Source of the DNA: the human T2T-CHM13v2.0 reference genome, Homo sapiens
Reading direction: 5' to 3' (one strand)
Assembly (NCBI RefSeq): GCF_009914755.1
Contig: NC_060928.1
DNA: 64,000 bases
How positions within the stretch are numbered: the stretch's first letter is position 1; each line of letters opens with the position of its first letter. The translations under genes and the position numbers were made by a program. The notes beneath the pieces were generated by a model. The model did not search any database. It saw only the letters and a program-made list of their open reading frames with translations, and was not told the origin of the DNA. This document shows positions 28,521 to 46,767 of this stretch, piece by piece.

Positions 28521-29324
28521 TACTCAGGATCTACACGAGGTTGTTAATTCATGTTTTGCTTTAATTGGTTACTGTGTTTCCTATTTCCTCGGTTTCCAAT
28601 ACTTGTTTGTAGAAAACATCAGTTTTGTGTGTATTTGCTCTTGGTCCTAAAGTTAAGGACACTATACGCAGAGTTAATTGACCTTCATTTGTGTGCCAGC
28701 ATTCTGGGGTGACATAATGCCTGCAAGTGTCATATTCTTAATATGTGAGGGGGTTCTATATGGAGTACAGGGTTAGTTGCTAAATAACCTCTGTACCCCT
28801 TTTTCTCTGTCTCGATGTATGCATTCTCATTCTCCTGTAGATTGCCTATTTGTATGTATTCCTAGAAAAGGCCTTCGATAGGACGTCTGTAGGGTTATTC
28901 CCTTCTAAAGGGAATGGTTATACCCTCTGACCTATCAATTCCATTTCTATAAATTTATCCCATAGATATACTCACAAATGTGTAAAATGAAGTATATTTG
29001 AAGTAAATTATTAAAGCATTAAGAGCAAGCTAAATGTTCATCAGCAGGAAATGGAGTCAATATATCTTCGTCTGTCTGTATAATGGAACAATATGTATTA
29101 TTATGAACAGTTTTTGAGCAAATAAAAATAAGCTGAAGTTTAAAAAGTTGAGTTAAAAAAGCAAGGTGTAAAACAGTGTGCGTAGTATCTGTGTACGTTT
29201 GTAGATACTGTACACACATGTTAGAGGGCAATTTGGATAAAGTATTCTGTGCTCAATTAACATATTTTCCCTTTGTCTTCCTGGCTCTACTGGCTTATTA
29301 CCAGTAGCAGTTACTCGGGAGTTA

Positions 29325-29440
29325 CCCAGCTACTCAGGAGGCTGAGGCAGGAGAATCGCTTGAACCCAGGAGGTGGAGGTTGCAGTGAGCTGAGATCGCG
29401 CCTGGGTGACAGAACAAGACTCCGTCTCAAGAAAAAAAAA
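29325..29440 (+). mobile_element. Alu right-arm fragment with an internal deletion
   Basis: cccagctactcaggaggctgaggcaggagaatcg...gagatcgcgcctgggtgac (lacks ccactgcactccag). Confidence 0.88.
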
Positions 29441-32400
29441 TGCTTATGTTCTGTATAAAATCTTCAATAAAATGACGATACCAGTACCTCATATTTGTAT
29501 AATGATTTACAGAATAGAAAGCTTCATTTTATATAGTTCCTTACATAAGTCAGTGGTATAGTATCCAGCATACACATAAACACATATATTAAATATATGG
29601 AAATTATATAGTAATGTAATAATATATAGTTATATAATGATTCAGTAGAATTGTCATCTGAATACATTTTTGTTGTTTGCTCACTTTATAAGGTTTGCTT
29701 CAAGACATCTCCCTTGTCTTAAATATTCTTCTCTTAAGCTATGATTGCATATGGATTATTTTTCTATATAAAATACATTTTATTCTCACTTTTTAGATTC
29801 AAAGTTAGGACATTTCTGAAAGATTTATGTATTATCTATTTAATAGAAATCTTTCAATTACTTCCCAATGTGTAAAGAGTAAGTGAATAACAGAAAATGA
29901 GAAATTTCAAAGACTTGGTAGCAAGCATTTAGCAAATGCCATTGTCCTTGTAAAATTATTTTAAGCTCTATCTGTTGTCACACACTGAAAGATGCAAGCA
30001 AACAGTGTGGCTTTGGCTAGAGCTTATCATTACTTCTCAGAATAACTTTGGTGTATTATCTCTAGTAGCATTTTAGCTTAGTTGATACACTTCAAAGTAC
30101 CCGTTAGACACACCACAGATTGACTTAAGCTTTGATGACTTGCAAGTCCATAAATATCTCATTTTGGAACTCTAAAAGTTTGGAATTCTAAAACTCCAAT
30201 TTTGGAATTCTGTGGTGGTCAACTGTAATTATCCATACTTGAGGAGCAAAAGGGAATAGTTCTGATGTCTGCAATTAATGATGGTTTTATTTTTCATATT
30301 GAAAATTACTTATCATAGAATTTTGTCATCTTCTTGTACAAGCATTACTAGAAAGAAGGTCATGAAAATAGTATGTGACTTTTCTTTGAAATATACTCAC
30401 CTAAACTGGGGTTGAGGTCTGTATGGCAATAAAATTAAATAGATACAGAAAGAAGTAAGAGAATAGGAAAAATGCTAAGCAAAAAGAATAAAAGCTTGAA
30501 CTTAACATACCAATTTAAAATTCAAAAGGAAAGGCAAAGGCCCAAGAAAAGGTTAGAAAATTTTGAAGAACAAGATGAAAGGATACCCAATTATGTATCA
30601 CAGTATAAAGCTAATGTGTAACTGGTGACATGAAACTATTATCATTGTAATGCCTCTGCTAGAAAAGATCATTTCTATCTCAGGGTTTTATAGCTAGTCT
30701 GGTTCTAACTCAGTTAAATCCACAGTTATTTTCTGTGAAGCGATATTATTTATTAACATTATTTAACAAATTTAGCTTATTGTATACCTGTTTAATGCCA
30801 ATAGTGCTGCCAAAGGCTAAGGTTAGAAAAATTAGTAGTCTGAAACTACTAGATTTAACTCTGTTTGCAAAGAGCCCCATAAATTACTTGTGCTAAAGCT
30901 GGACCTTAATAAATTTATAAGTTTGCAGTAAATGAAAGGGTATCCCTTGAATTCTCCCAAATCAAGACCCTGTAACTTTATTGAGTTTAAAACGCTTGAA
31001 GCAGATTACTGGGTTTCATCGTCAAAGATTTTTAATTCTAGAGACAAGTTTTTTTCACTTCATAGCCCATATTTTTAACCGCAGCCCTGTATTGCTTATT
31101 CATTTCATCTCCCCAAATAAACGTGAAGATCTTTGGAAGAAGGAGTCACTTTTTATTCAGCTAAGTAGTATTTCTTTCAATACATGAAAAAGTCTTGACA
31201 CACAGGCAATGCTAAAATATGCATACACATGAGAAATTAAATTGAGGCAAAATAATGATTACCTAACCAGCTACTGTGTCTGGTATATGACCCATAAAGG
31301 AAAAAAGTGGTCACAACTGAGGTCATCTCAGAAAGAATAGTTTTCCTGTGTAGTTGAGCGTAAATTGTTCTCCAAGATGATATGGAGAAGTGGAAGAATG
31401 TCTTTTTTTTGGCTTTAGGAAATACATTATTCATTCTCTACAGAAGGACTGATTGACTTTTTTCCTGTATATGAGGAACGGATTATTAGGCAAAGATATT
31501 ACGTAGTAAAGTTTACTTAAACTAAGGTAAGATTTTGGACTGTGCCTAATGATTTGGAAGCTTACTTAATCACTATTCTCAATAGCTACCTAATGCCCAA
31601 GAGTGTGACTTTGTAGCTAGGATGAGCTGTGGATATATATACAAGTTTTTATTACTGCAGTTGTAAAACAAAGACTTTGATGGCTATTTTTTATGTATCA
31701 TCACAGTTAACTATTTTCAGAATCTTGAGAGGTTTAATCTCCTTTCTAAGTCTTTTATTCCATTTAGTGACAACTGTTTTTTGACAATGTAATATATACT
31801 CTAGTATAATTTAAAAATATCTACAAGTTGTCAAGTTGAATGGCTGAGAGATTTGTTTAAAGAAATGTGGGCAACATTCTTGTGGTTGGAAAAAGTAAGG
31901 GAAAAATGAAAGTATTGCTTAAAAGCTGTTTTCAAAGCTTGCATTATGAAAGGGATTATATGTGAGATTTAGAGTCTTTTTAAAATAAAAAAGAAATAGA
32001 TTAAATTCCAACTCTATAAATATTGTCTTTATATTTAAAAGCCCCAAAGAGGCTGCATTAAAATTAATTTCTGATTACGCATATGATCCCAATAGAGAAT
32101 TCATTGACCAATTGAGTGCAGATAAATATAAAAATCTCTCTATAGCAAAGTCTACTCTCGGTAAAATTATGTATACTAATATATAAATATAAAGCCCAAA
32201 TATGACATTTTTCATAAGAAAAAAATATAAGTAGAATCTTAGAGAAGGATAAGATCTTTTCCCCTTAGATTTTGCTTCATAAAATAGTAGTAGTAGAAAT
32301 TGATTAAAAAAGAGTGATCTAATTTTATATGGTGGTAGCAGAAAAAAATGCACATCAGGGTAACATCAGGCACATCTATGACATGGTCAGAAACTCTAGA

Positions 32401-32631
32401 AGGGGCAGGGCAAGATAAGGTGACTTTGGTAGTCTAGGTTGATTAGTGCATCTGAAGCAGGAGAAGAATAGCTAGAAGTATAGTGTCAACTAATACAAGA
32501 AAAACCCCAGTCGTTTCTTTTTTTGCCCCTCCCCTTACCTGGTCTCTTTTAGCAGAGGCAACCAATGACTTCTCCTAGTATTTACCTTTATGTTTCTAAA
32601 TACTAACCATCTGCTAACTTTTAAATTATCA

Positions 32632-32922
32632 GTTTTATTATTATTATTATTATTTTGAGACGGGGTCTCACTCTGATGCCCAGGCTGGAGTGCAGTGGTA
32701 AGATCTCCGCCTCCCAGATTCAAGCAATTCTCCAGCCACAGCCTCCTGAGTACCTGGGATTACAGGTGTATGCCAGAATGCCCGGCTGATTTTTGCATTT
32801 TTAATAGAGACAGGGTTTAGCCATCCTGGTCAGGCTGGTCTCGAACTCCTGACCTCAAGTGATCTGCCTGCTTTGGTCTCCCAAAGTGCTGGGATTACAG
32901 GCGTGAGCCACCGCACCCAGCC
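32632..32922 (-). mobile_element. Alu with a (TTA)n tail
   Basis: Antisense Alu; diverged TSD aaattatcagtttta / aaatgatcggtttta. Confidence 0.93.
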
Positions 32923-34337
32923 AAATGATCGGTTTTAGTTATTAGCGTCTGACTTCCTTTTGTGATAGTACTTCTCTTGCCATCTTCTTGGTATCATCAT
33001 TATTTAACAATAAATTTTAAAAATCCGTATTCAACTTTTTCATTCTTATGGCAATGTAAATATTCAGTGCTGAGCCAAATTATGGGAGAATCCAGTGTAT
33101 CAGAATTCAATAGAGAATCCACAGGGTCCATAAAGAGCACTTGTGGTTATTGTGGGCCCTAAAGAAGTGTGTGAACCACTGCCCCACTCACTGTGTGGAT
33201 TACCTTAGTGTGTCGTGTGAATGATCCTGCAGCTCATCCCTCCTTGCCAGATTACAGAGCTCTCCATGTGTTATGTTTACCACCTGCATGTTTGAAATCC
33301 ATTTCTTACCAAGAAATTCTGTATCAAGAAATTCAGCTTTCCACAGAGAGTATTATATGGCCATGTCATTGGAGGATGAATAAATTTGGTAAGCTTGTGG
33401 GAAATGTGAAAATATTTTCTGAAATACATTTTTAAAAAATCTCTTCTTTCACATTGTCAGTATATTTATTTACACTGTTCCAGTGTTATCTTCACAGATA
33501 ATTTGTCTTTGAAAAATGACTATATCATAAAAGTCTTTGCCAAGAACGAGCTATTCATCCTGTCTTTTGTTGTTGGACTTTATAATCTTTTGTTGTCTTC
33601 ATATAATTTTAATCATTTTATTATTTAAAACTAGTAAATTGGTTTTCTTTGCATTGTCCTTTTCCTGAGTACATGCAGTAATCCCTTTTGAGGCCATCTT
33701 CCATCCAGAGACAATGAAATCATTTGAGTTTAAGTAGCTTTTCAAGCTAATGCTGTTGTTTTCCTTATTGTCTGTTAGCTTTTAAAAACATTTATCTTTA
33801 AGAAAATATTTAATAGCTATTTTCTGTTTGTGAAACAGTTACACATATATTGAAAAACATTTGGAAGATACAGAAAAAAAGAAACTCATCTGCCCTTTAG
33901 AGAAAACAAGCATATTTTGATAGATATCCATCTAGTCGTTTTTCTCTTCATATGTACTCATTTATATATGTATATACATTCGTACGTACATACGTTCATA
34001 CATATATATAAAGACACAGATTATACATTCTTTCAAAACATACTTCAGGAAGATAGGTGTGAACAAGAGAGAAATGGTACCTGCTGCCATGCAACTGCCA
34101 CACTAGCTAATAAAAGAGCTATTCAGTATACAATCACGTAATTATAATTTTGACAAATGCATATGATATAAGAGCATGAACAGTTTTAAGGAATGAGTAG
34201 CATTATCAAATTTGTGAAGAGGTTTTATCAATTGTTTTTAAAGTTTGCTGTCATAGTATATAACAAAATACCTTTGGTATATGCAATGTGTGTGTACAGA
34301 TACATTCTATATCTATATATATCTGTATCTGTGTATA

Positions 34338-34949
34338 CCGAATGGTCCTCAATTTACAAAGGTTGACATGAATTTTTGACTTTACAATGGTGTGATACCA
34401 TTCTGTTTTTCACTTTCAGTACAGTATTCAATAAATAACATGAGATATTCAATACTTTTTTATAAAATAGGCTTTTTGTTAGATGATTTTGCCCAACTCT
34501 AGGCTAATGTGAGCACATTTCAGGTAGGCTAAGCTAAGCTTTGATGTTTGTTAAGTTAGGTGTGTTAAATGCATTTTTCTTTTTTTGAGATGGAGTCTCA
34601 CTCTGTTGCCCCAGCTGGAGTGCAGTGGTGGTGATCTCTGCTCACTGCAACCTCCGCCTCCCGGGTTCAAGTGATTCTCCCGCCTCAACCTCTTGAGTAG
34701 CTGGGATTACAGGCACGCACCACTATGCCTGGCTAATTTTTATATTTTTAGTAGAGATGGGGTTTCGCCATGTTGGCCAGGAGTCTTGAACTCCTGACCT
34801 CAGGTGATCCGCCTGCTTTGGCTTCCCAAAGTGCTGGGATTACAGGCATGAGCCACCTCACCGGCCTAAATGCATTTTTTACTTATGATATTTCCAATTG
34901 AATATGGGTTTACTGGGACATAACCCCATCATTAGTCTAGGAGCATCTG
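34338..34949. mobile_element. MER47A-like TcMar-Tigger element interrupted by an Alu
   Basis: gactttacaatggtg...cagtacagtattcaataaa...ggtaggctaagctaagc...aaccccatc...gagcatctgta. Confidence 0.75.
34575..34866 (-). mobile_element. Alu (AluS-like)
   Basis: Antisense Alu; TSD taaatgcattttt on both sides. Confidence 0.95.
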
Positions 34950-35396
34950 TATATACATGGAGAAAAACTTATTCTGCAATGTATGTAAATTTGTCAAATG
35001 TTATTTCATTATAGATTTGTCATCTAGTAGAATTGAGTATTAGTGTGAAGAATCCTTGTGCTTTTAACTTTAGTTTATAAACTTTTTCATTTAAATCTTT
35101 TATTTCAGCCACCACTGAAGTGCCAGAATAGTGAGATAAATTGTTAATAATGAATTTCCCCATGAAAGTACCATATAATGATTGTAACATTGAAAAGATT
35201 CATATGGTAAATACATGGATATCGTGTGCCAATTCTATGTTATTTTACTAACTACAAGGTATAGGTATAGGGTAAGATAATTTTCATAGATTTCTTCATT
35301 TAATCTTGGGAATAACCCTGTGAGGTAGGTGGTATTAACCTCTTTATAGATGAGGAAACTAATTTAGAGAAGTTAATTAACTTGGGCAAGTTTATT

Positions 35397-37824
<2,428 letters not shown>

Positions 37825-40237
37825 TCATGCTGTTCTTTATTTTCTTGATATTGTGCTGTCTCTTTGTAATGGTGAAGTGGAAATTATTATAGCCATCTCT
37901 CAAATGAGCAGACCAAGGCATAGATAAAAAAGGCTAGCATTTAATTGTGGTAGAATGGGCAATAAAATAGTAGTCAACCTATTCTTGCTGAATTTCCATT
38001 TTCCTGTCTACATATGAGTGTTCAACTATATTAAAGTCTGTCTTGAGGTATCCTAAGGTGGTGTTACAGCAGCCCAGTAGAGTACATTCTGAGTTTTCTG
38101 CCTATACTTGTACTTCAACCAAAGAAGCTTTGCTTTTATTTGTTTTATATACTGAACCTTGAATTATATTCAAGTATGACTAAGGATTATAATACTAACA
38201 TTGTTGGGGGATAAAAATGTCGGCTTTCTGGTTTTTCTTGTTGCTTTTTTTTTTATTCTAGCTGAAATAATAAATCAGTTCCCTATTCCATTTTTCTGTA
38301 AAATGAACTGTCATGATCTCTTTTGTGTGTGTGTTGCAGGGAGGGGGGTTAGTAAAAAATTTAATCATAACTAAGTTATGTAAGTAGATGATCTTAAATG
38401 TTTTTAATAAAACCATGTGTTGGGTTACCTTTAAAAGTAGTTATGATAATTTTTTTTTGTCTAAAGCATTTCAGTTATAGCAGTCATAAATTTAAGTTGA
38501 GTAGGTTTTTATGCTCATTATTTTTGGTAAACTAAGGAAAATATAGGATAAGGATTTTGATTAGCCTAGTAAGAAATTGTGATTAGTTTCACATCGACCA
38601 ACTTACTGTTTTCTATCATGAAACCTGAAAAAATAAAAAAGATATTATTATGATTCTTTGATTTCTCAAGCATTTTCTGAGAATTTTGTCAAATTTCGGA
38701 AACTAGTTTCTTAGTATCCAATTTTATTGAACATAGGCTACAGCAAGTATCTAGGTTATAACAGATGTTTTTGGTGGCTCTGAGATGGAAAGTTGTAATT
38801 ATATGAACCAGACCTTCTATCTAGTGCTATTTTTACAAGGCTGCTCTGTTGCCAAACATTTCTTCTATAGCTCTGTCTTCTTCTAGCCATACTCATCAAT
38901 ATTCTAGCACATTTAACTGCTGATCTCTTTAGAACTCACGTAAGGCAGAGATTCAACAAGAAGAGCAGTGAATCATGCTACATCTTGTTTTCATTGGAAC
39001 ACTAAAGCATCAGCATATGCCAGTGTTTGCTTTGGGGTAGGTTTCCCTAGAAAACAGAAGATCAGTAAGATGCTAAATTGAAATTTTATGTGACAGACGG
39101 CTGAAAACAAGGCCATGGTTGAAAGCCAAACTCTTAGATGTTGTGCATGTCGAAACTGGAACAAAGATTATAATGCAAGTTCAATTTTCCTCAAATATGG
39201 ATCTCAACATTAATTGTGGTATGCAGCTCACCCACAGCCTTGGGTGTGGTCTATGAATGCAGCTGCTACTCTGTTCTACAATTATTGTATTTTATTGCCA
39301 TTATGACTGGGCCTTTGGGTTATAACCATTGATGCAAATGAAAAAGGAAGAAACATGTTGGATACACAGTAATATACATGTTTTTGGCATTGGCTATTTG
39401 TGTCATCTTAACTGTTTTTATTCATAGAACTTAATAGTTGGAAGCACTTGTAGAGAAAATTTTAATATGTTGGATTTCTTTGTGGGGATTAGGAGCAAAG
39501 CTTCTTCTCTGGCCAGCCCGTGACTGTTTCTTATCTATGTGGACTCCATTGCCAATCATTGTGGTGGTTTAGAAGCATCCAAGGTCCACACTGTCCCCTA
39601 AACATTGCCTTTGGGGACAAATGCATGTAATTCTAGGTCATGGTGAGCCTAGTTGTTGTCCTTGTACCTAGGATTCAGTGAAGGGCCTGGGGGGAATTCA
39701 GAAAAGGAGTCATTGAGTTCACCTTGGTAATTGAACATATAACTGCTTTCTCTTTGATTGAACTTTACAGAAACTAATGTAGCTGCCACCAAGACCTGGA
39801 TTGTTGCTAATTGAGAAGACTGTTTAGAAGACAGGTGGACTTTAGTTTCACTCTAGGAACTTAGCGGTGATTTTATATATTATGGATAATTTGGACCTGA
39901 ATTATTTCATTTCTCATTATTCCCATACTCTCCCATTATTATGGCAGCCAATAACTGACATTTTCTGGAATAAGTCTGGTGAGGTAGCTTTCACAAAACA
40001 ATATTAGGTTTAGTGTCCTGAGTACCTTATTGTTATTACCTTATAAATCCCTTGTTATTACTGTTCCCATCTTACAGGCAAGGAAACTGAGAGGTTAAGT
40101 AACTTGTCCCAGGTTGAACAACTAGTAAATGGAGGTGCTAGGGTTAGAATCTGGGCAGTCTGCTTTTAGCTCTGGAATACTGGACATTTTTGAGGCTGTG
40201 TTATACTTATCAAATTAACCAGGCTAAGACTTAGATG

Positions 40238-40539
40238 TTTGTTTTGTTTTGTTTTGTTTTGAGACGAAGTCTTGCTGTTGCCCAGGCTGGGTGTGGTGGT
40301 ACAATCTTGGCTTACTGCATGCTCCACCTCCCGGGTTCACGCCATTCTCCTGCCTCAGCCTCCTGAGTAGCTGGGACTACAGTCGCCCGCCACCACGCCC
40401 AGCTAATTTTCTGTATTTTTAGTAGAGACAGGGTTTACATCGTGTTAGCCAGGATGGTCTTGATCTCCTGACCTCATGATCCGCCCGCCTCGGCCTCCCA
40501 AAGTGCTGGGATTACAGGCTTGAGCCACCGCGCCCAGCC
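40238..40539 (-). mobile_element. Alu (AluY/Sc-like) with a (TTTTG)n tail
   Basis: Antisense Alu; TSD acttagatg. Confidence 0.94.
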
Positions 40540-43441
40540 AACTTAGATGATTTTTAAAAAATGTACCTATGAGTTGCTTGTCTTTGAAGTCAGTATTAGT
40601 GTCGGGTTTATTTGGCAGTCTGTTCTGAGTTCCTTCCACCTCGTTACAAATAGTATACTCCTGAGAAAAATAAAATAATTAGCTAATATAGACAGATTTT
40701 CGGAATGAGGAAGAACACTGCATGATACAGGCTGTGTGATAGTGGTATTATTCAAGTTCCCTTGAGCTTGAAGAGATCTTGTGGGCCAATTGATCCTTCC
40801 CTTCCTCAAGAATCCCTGATACAGTGATACAGCTTATTCCAGTTAGACAATGCTAATTAAGGGCAAGTTTTTTGAATTAAAAACTCACCATCAGTATTCA
40901 GCAAGAACATTTTAGAAAAGCAGCCAAAAGAGTTACAAAATAGTTCTGGGAGAAACGGATCATTATCTTGAGAGGAGTCAGTAACTTCGATGCTAGAGTT
41001 ATATGCGTGCTTTTTCGTTTATCGTAGTTTTTTAAAGATCACAGCATGGAACATGTGTTTTTTTCTATGCACTGGTTGTTATCCTTTGCAAGGTCTCAGA
41101 TCTTTCTGTGACTCTAATAAAAGAGGAAATTAATATGACAGGATCTCCTATTCTCATTCTCTGGCAGTCTTTTAGGGGATCCTTGGAGCCAAAGTAAGGA
41201 AGACTCAGATTAGAGGTTATGTTTTTCTCCCACCAAGGAATCTAATACTTTTCAGATTATTTATCTTAAGAGATAGGCATCAGTGTCTGGCTTCTTCACA
41301 TTTTTAGTCATCACCAAAGAGGGGAAATCTCTCTTGTCTAGTTCAGTTTTATAAGCACTTGCTACAGGATGTTATTGTTGGAACAACACATATAGTAATC
41401 CATGGTCAGCATAATCATGGTCAGCATTTCTGTTCTTCTTAGTAATTTTGATTATGTCAGAAGCAAATTTGGTGGCAGTGAGCTTTGCAGACATGTACTA
41501 GCCAGAGCTCTGTGTTAATTGTGTTGTTGGTAGATCTGCTTATTTTATGTCTTTGAGGATATCATTGCGTGCAGAATTTTTTAAAAGTTAAAATAGTTTA
41601 ATAGTATTTTATGAATGGGCTTTTTCACTGCAATTCAGTGGACATTTGTTTGTGACCCCTATTAACCAGTCATCTTGTTTATTATGTGGCCTATCAGGCC
41701 TCCAGACCTTTCTGAGAGCTCCACCTTTGAGTCAAGGTTGGTGTTTATCAAACTGAGGCTTATATATTCAGTTTTTTTGGGTCAAGACCAGCATCCTTTC
41801 CCCCAAGCTAGTTTGTTTTTGTTTTGCAAATAAAAATAATATATTTTAATAGGTTCCACAGGAAAATATGTATGTTATTGCTTCATACTTGTATTAGGTA
41901 GATAATGATACAAAATGTATTTCTGATACCCACTGTGATAAAAGTGTGAAAACAGTTTTCCAGGTCAGTGCTATTTAATCTGTGGGTCCTGGACTGGTAC
42001 CAGTCTAAACTGTTTGTTCCTGGTCTGTAGGGAGATAAGCACTGAAATTGAGAATAAGCATTTAGGAACTTTTGTAGCAATTTCACATTGCCACAGTTCT
42101 CAAGGTTTTTGTTTAGTGGATTTGTCCCATTGAACAAGTATAGTCCAGTTTGGGTGTTGAGATTCCATGATGTGAGTAACATACGTTGTGACTTGTGTAT
42201 GTTCAGCAGCATTTTAGGTCATTTCTTAATCTATTAGATTCAAAGAGTGGTGGAGAGAGGGTGCATTAATTCTCTTGGGAATTTAAGAAGCTTACCTTTT
42301 GGTAAATTAGACATAATGTGTTGCTAATTGGCTGTGGTTTCAGTTTTTTAAACTGTAACATACAAAAGGTATCAGAAGAAGAAGAATATAATTTATGTTT
42401 TCTATGGTTCCCTTGTTAGAAAAAAAGATACTAATACTTTAATACTGAAGAGCTTTGGGATTCTAATTTGCTTAAATTTTCAACAAAATCCATTAAATTA
42501 TCAATCAGTAATATAAACAAGTCTTCTATTATAAGCAAAATTCAGTTTTCTGTAAACAAAAATAAAGATTATTAATAAACAGTTGAATGAGTTTCAGTTC
42601 TGTGATGGTATAAATGTGAGATAAATCACAAATAATATAAGAAGTTGTAAAAATAAATATTTGAAAATTTAGCTGGCTTTTAAGTTCCTATTTTTAGATG
42701 TAGATATTATTATCACTTTGAATGCCTTGACTTAATTTAATAATATGAGATTTAGTGATAAGGATGTTGGACAAGATTCTACTTATTAATGAATGTGAAA
42801 TTAAAGGCTCATCTTGAAGTTATTAAACAAGGATAGACTTGGCCTATGTATGGCTAAAGTAGCCACATTTGATCACTAATTTTTAAATTCCTTGATTCTT
42901 ATGAATAACTCCAGATTTTTAAAAATATCTAAACTCACCCAAAGTTATTTTTTAAGTGTTACGTAACTGGAAAAAGCTAAGTTGAGATTGTGAAGAATCT
43001 TCATTTCATGTGTTCTACACAGAAGATAGCAGACTGACTTTGTTTTCCTAATAAGGCTGTGTTGAATGCTGGAATACTTATCCCCTTAAATTTTATTGAA
43101 ATACTTTAAAATACTCACTTTACAAAAAAGGTTTGCAATTTAACACGTTTAGCCTGGACAGGAATAGAAAAAGAGATGTGCCTCTGGTATTAGCATAGGA
43201 CAGGGTGCATATAAAGGTGAACCTCAAATAGCATGTCTCATACTTTGAAAAGATGAAAGACAAATTAGATATTTTGTTGTTTTCTATTTGTGTTTTGTTC
43301 ATCACAATATATTTAAGATTTGGGGCAGTTTTTATTCCTTCTCTCTTCCTTTCTTTTAGTAAGTAGGCTTGTACAGATCATTTATTGCTTAACACTGAGA
43401 TTTGGATTTAATCTTCTTCCAAAATGAAGTACTGCATTTAG

Positions 43442-43774
<333 letters not shown>

Positions 43775-43784
43775 TTAGAAATAC

Positions 43785-44560
<776 letters not shown>

Positions 44561-46494
44561 TTAATGAAATAAATTGTTTTAAGGAAAAGACACAGCATGA
44601 GTGTTGCCCTTGAACTTGAAGTGATGCTGGGTAAAATAATTACCAGTTGGGAATGATAAGTTGATTGGTTAAATAATTTCTGGTAATGCAGAAGGCCATA
44701 TTAATCCTTACAGGATAAACAGGTTGACAGGAGCTAGATTTTGACTATAATATAAGGGTGTTTGTTTGTATGTTTATAAAAATACAGGCTGATTCAAAAA
44801 GAGCTGAACACGATAAAAAATGTATTATTCAGTGATTAGGTATATATGCAGTTATATGAATGTGTAGTCAAAACAAAATTAGAAGGAACCATCGTAGTTA
44901 TTTCTGTCAATCTTGCATGCTCAGTATGCAGCCCCCTGTATCATGGGGCACACATCAGTCCTGAAATCTAATTCATTCTGTTATTGGTAGCATGTCACCA
45001 TCGATAGTTGTAATGGGGACCATGATGCCACTTCCTTTATTTTCTCAAGACCCACAAGAAGATTATGTGATGTGGTATCTTGGGATCTGCATGACTACTA
45101 ATGTCAGAAGCTGGTTACTATTTTAAATAGAACACCCAGTTTAGCACCAGAGAAGGTATTCACTAAGGAACCTCCAACCCCATCCTGCTGAAAAATGAAA
45201 TTATTAGAGATTTCCTGTTAGTATAGGGAAAAAATACTCCTCTTTTCTGGAAAAGTAAAGAACAATGGACTGAAACCTGTTCTTTGTTTTTGCATCTACT
45301 TACTGAACTTTCACTGGGAATTTTGTGAAGAACTTAATCTCTTATTTATGTGCATATTGTACAGTCTGTAAAGTGTTCACTCTATAGATAGGCAGATATA
45401 TTATGTATCTGTATATATTGAATACACATAGACATATATGTATATATTATATACAATGAGTAACTTCTGTGTTTACTTGAATTAAACCAAAAATGGCATT
45501 CTATAAACATGTCATTGAAAATGAATAGCTGTTTGTTAATAGAAAGTAGTTATTCATTGTTTGGAGCCATTACTCTCTGAAATTCTTTACCAAAGTTATT
45601 TTATAACTTTCTCTTTGATGTTATTCCAGAAGGCAGCCAGAAGGTAGAATGTTAGGGCTGCATATAGGCTTCTGGACCACTTGGGTTCTAATCCGGCTTC
45701 TGCCACTTTCAAATTTAAGTTTTGGTCAAATTAGCCTATTTGGGCTTCTGTTTCCTATATTTAAAATGAGAACATACTACTTTGTCAGGAAGAATAAATG
45801 AGATAATTTATATGATGGGTCAAGTGAAATTATTGGCATTTGGTAGGTACTCATTAAGTGATATTTTCTTGCTTATCTCTAGGTTTTTTTGTTGTTACTG
45901 TTTTCCTTGAAATTGATCCTGTTAGTAATTTGATTCTAATAGTATATAATCAGAAATAGAATAATTTCCAGAACTCCAGAGTTTAGGTCATCTGCTTACG
46001 GGGAAGGTGCCTTCTATCACTGCTTACTTTGTGTCAAGCACTCCACCAGATATGTTACATACATTACCTCATTGCATCCTCAAAACAGTTCTGCAAGGGA
46101 GGTATTATGACCCTCATGTCAACAAAGAAACTATATGTTGCCTAATGCAACCTTTATTCAGCTATTTGTTCTATTCCTCAAAGAATTCCTGTATCAACAA
46201 AGAGCTTCGTAAGAGAAGGCCTGAATATGAAAGGCGGGAACTCTGTCTCTTTAGGGCTCTAAGCTTTTCTTGAAAGGAAGAAAAAAATAAATAGTCAAAC
46301 TTCAGATTATGAATTGTGCTTGCTGATACTACTATTATCCTGTATATGACCCTCATTCAGCATCTGACCTTTATGAAAGTTTTCCGGAAGCAGTTAATTT
46401 TATATACATTGTTTAAAGCCTGTGAAAAAGAATTTTGAATATGGTTCTGTTATTGATGCTTATTCTCCTAATATGAATCTTAACTATATTTGGT

Positions 46495-46767
46495 GGTTTT
46501 TGTTTGTTTCTTTGTTTGTTTTATGAGACGGAGTCTCGCTCTGTCGCCCAGGCTGGAGTGCAGTGGCACAACCTCGGCTCACTGCAAGCTCCGCCTCCCG
46601 GTTCACGCTGTTCTCCTGCTTCAGCCTCCCGAGTAGCTGGGACTACAGGTGCTCGCCACCACACCCGGCTAATTTTTTTGTATTTTTAGTAGAGACGGGG
46701 TTTCACCGTGTTAGCCAGGATGATCTCGATCTCCTGACCTCGTGATCTGCCCACCTTGGCCTCCCAA
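46495..46767 (-). mobile_element. Alu (AluY-like), 5'-truncated
   Basis: Antisense Alu; near-TSD aactatatttg / aactgtatttg. Confidence 0.93.

Noticed and set aside
41397-41428. 15-bp tandem duplication catggtcagcataat
   Set aside because: Ordinary micro-duplication.
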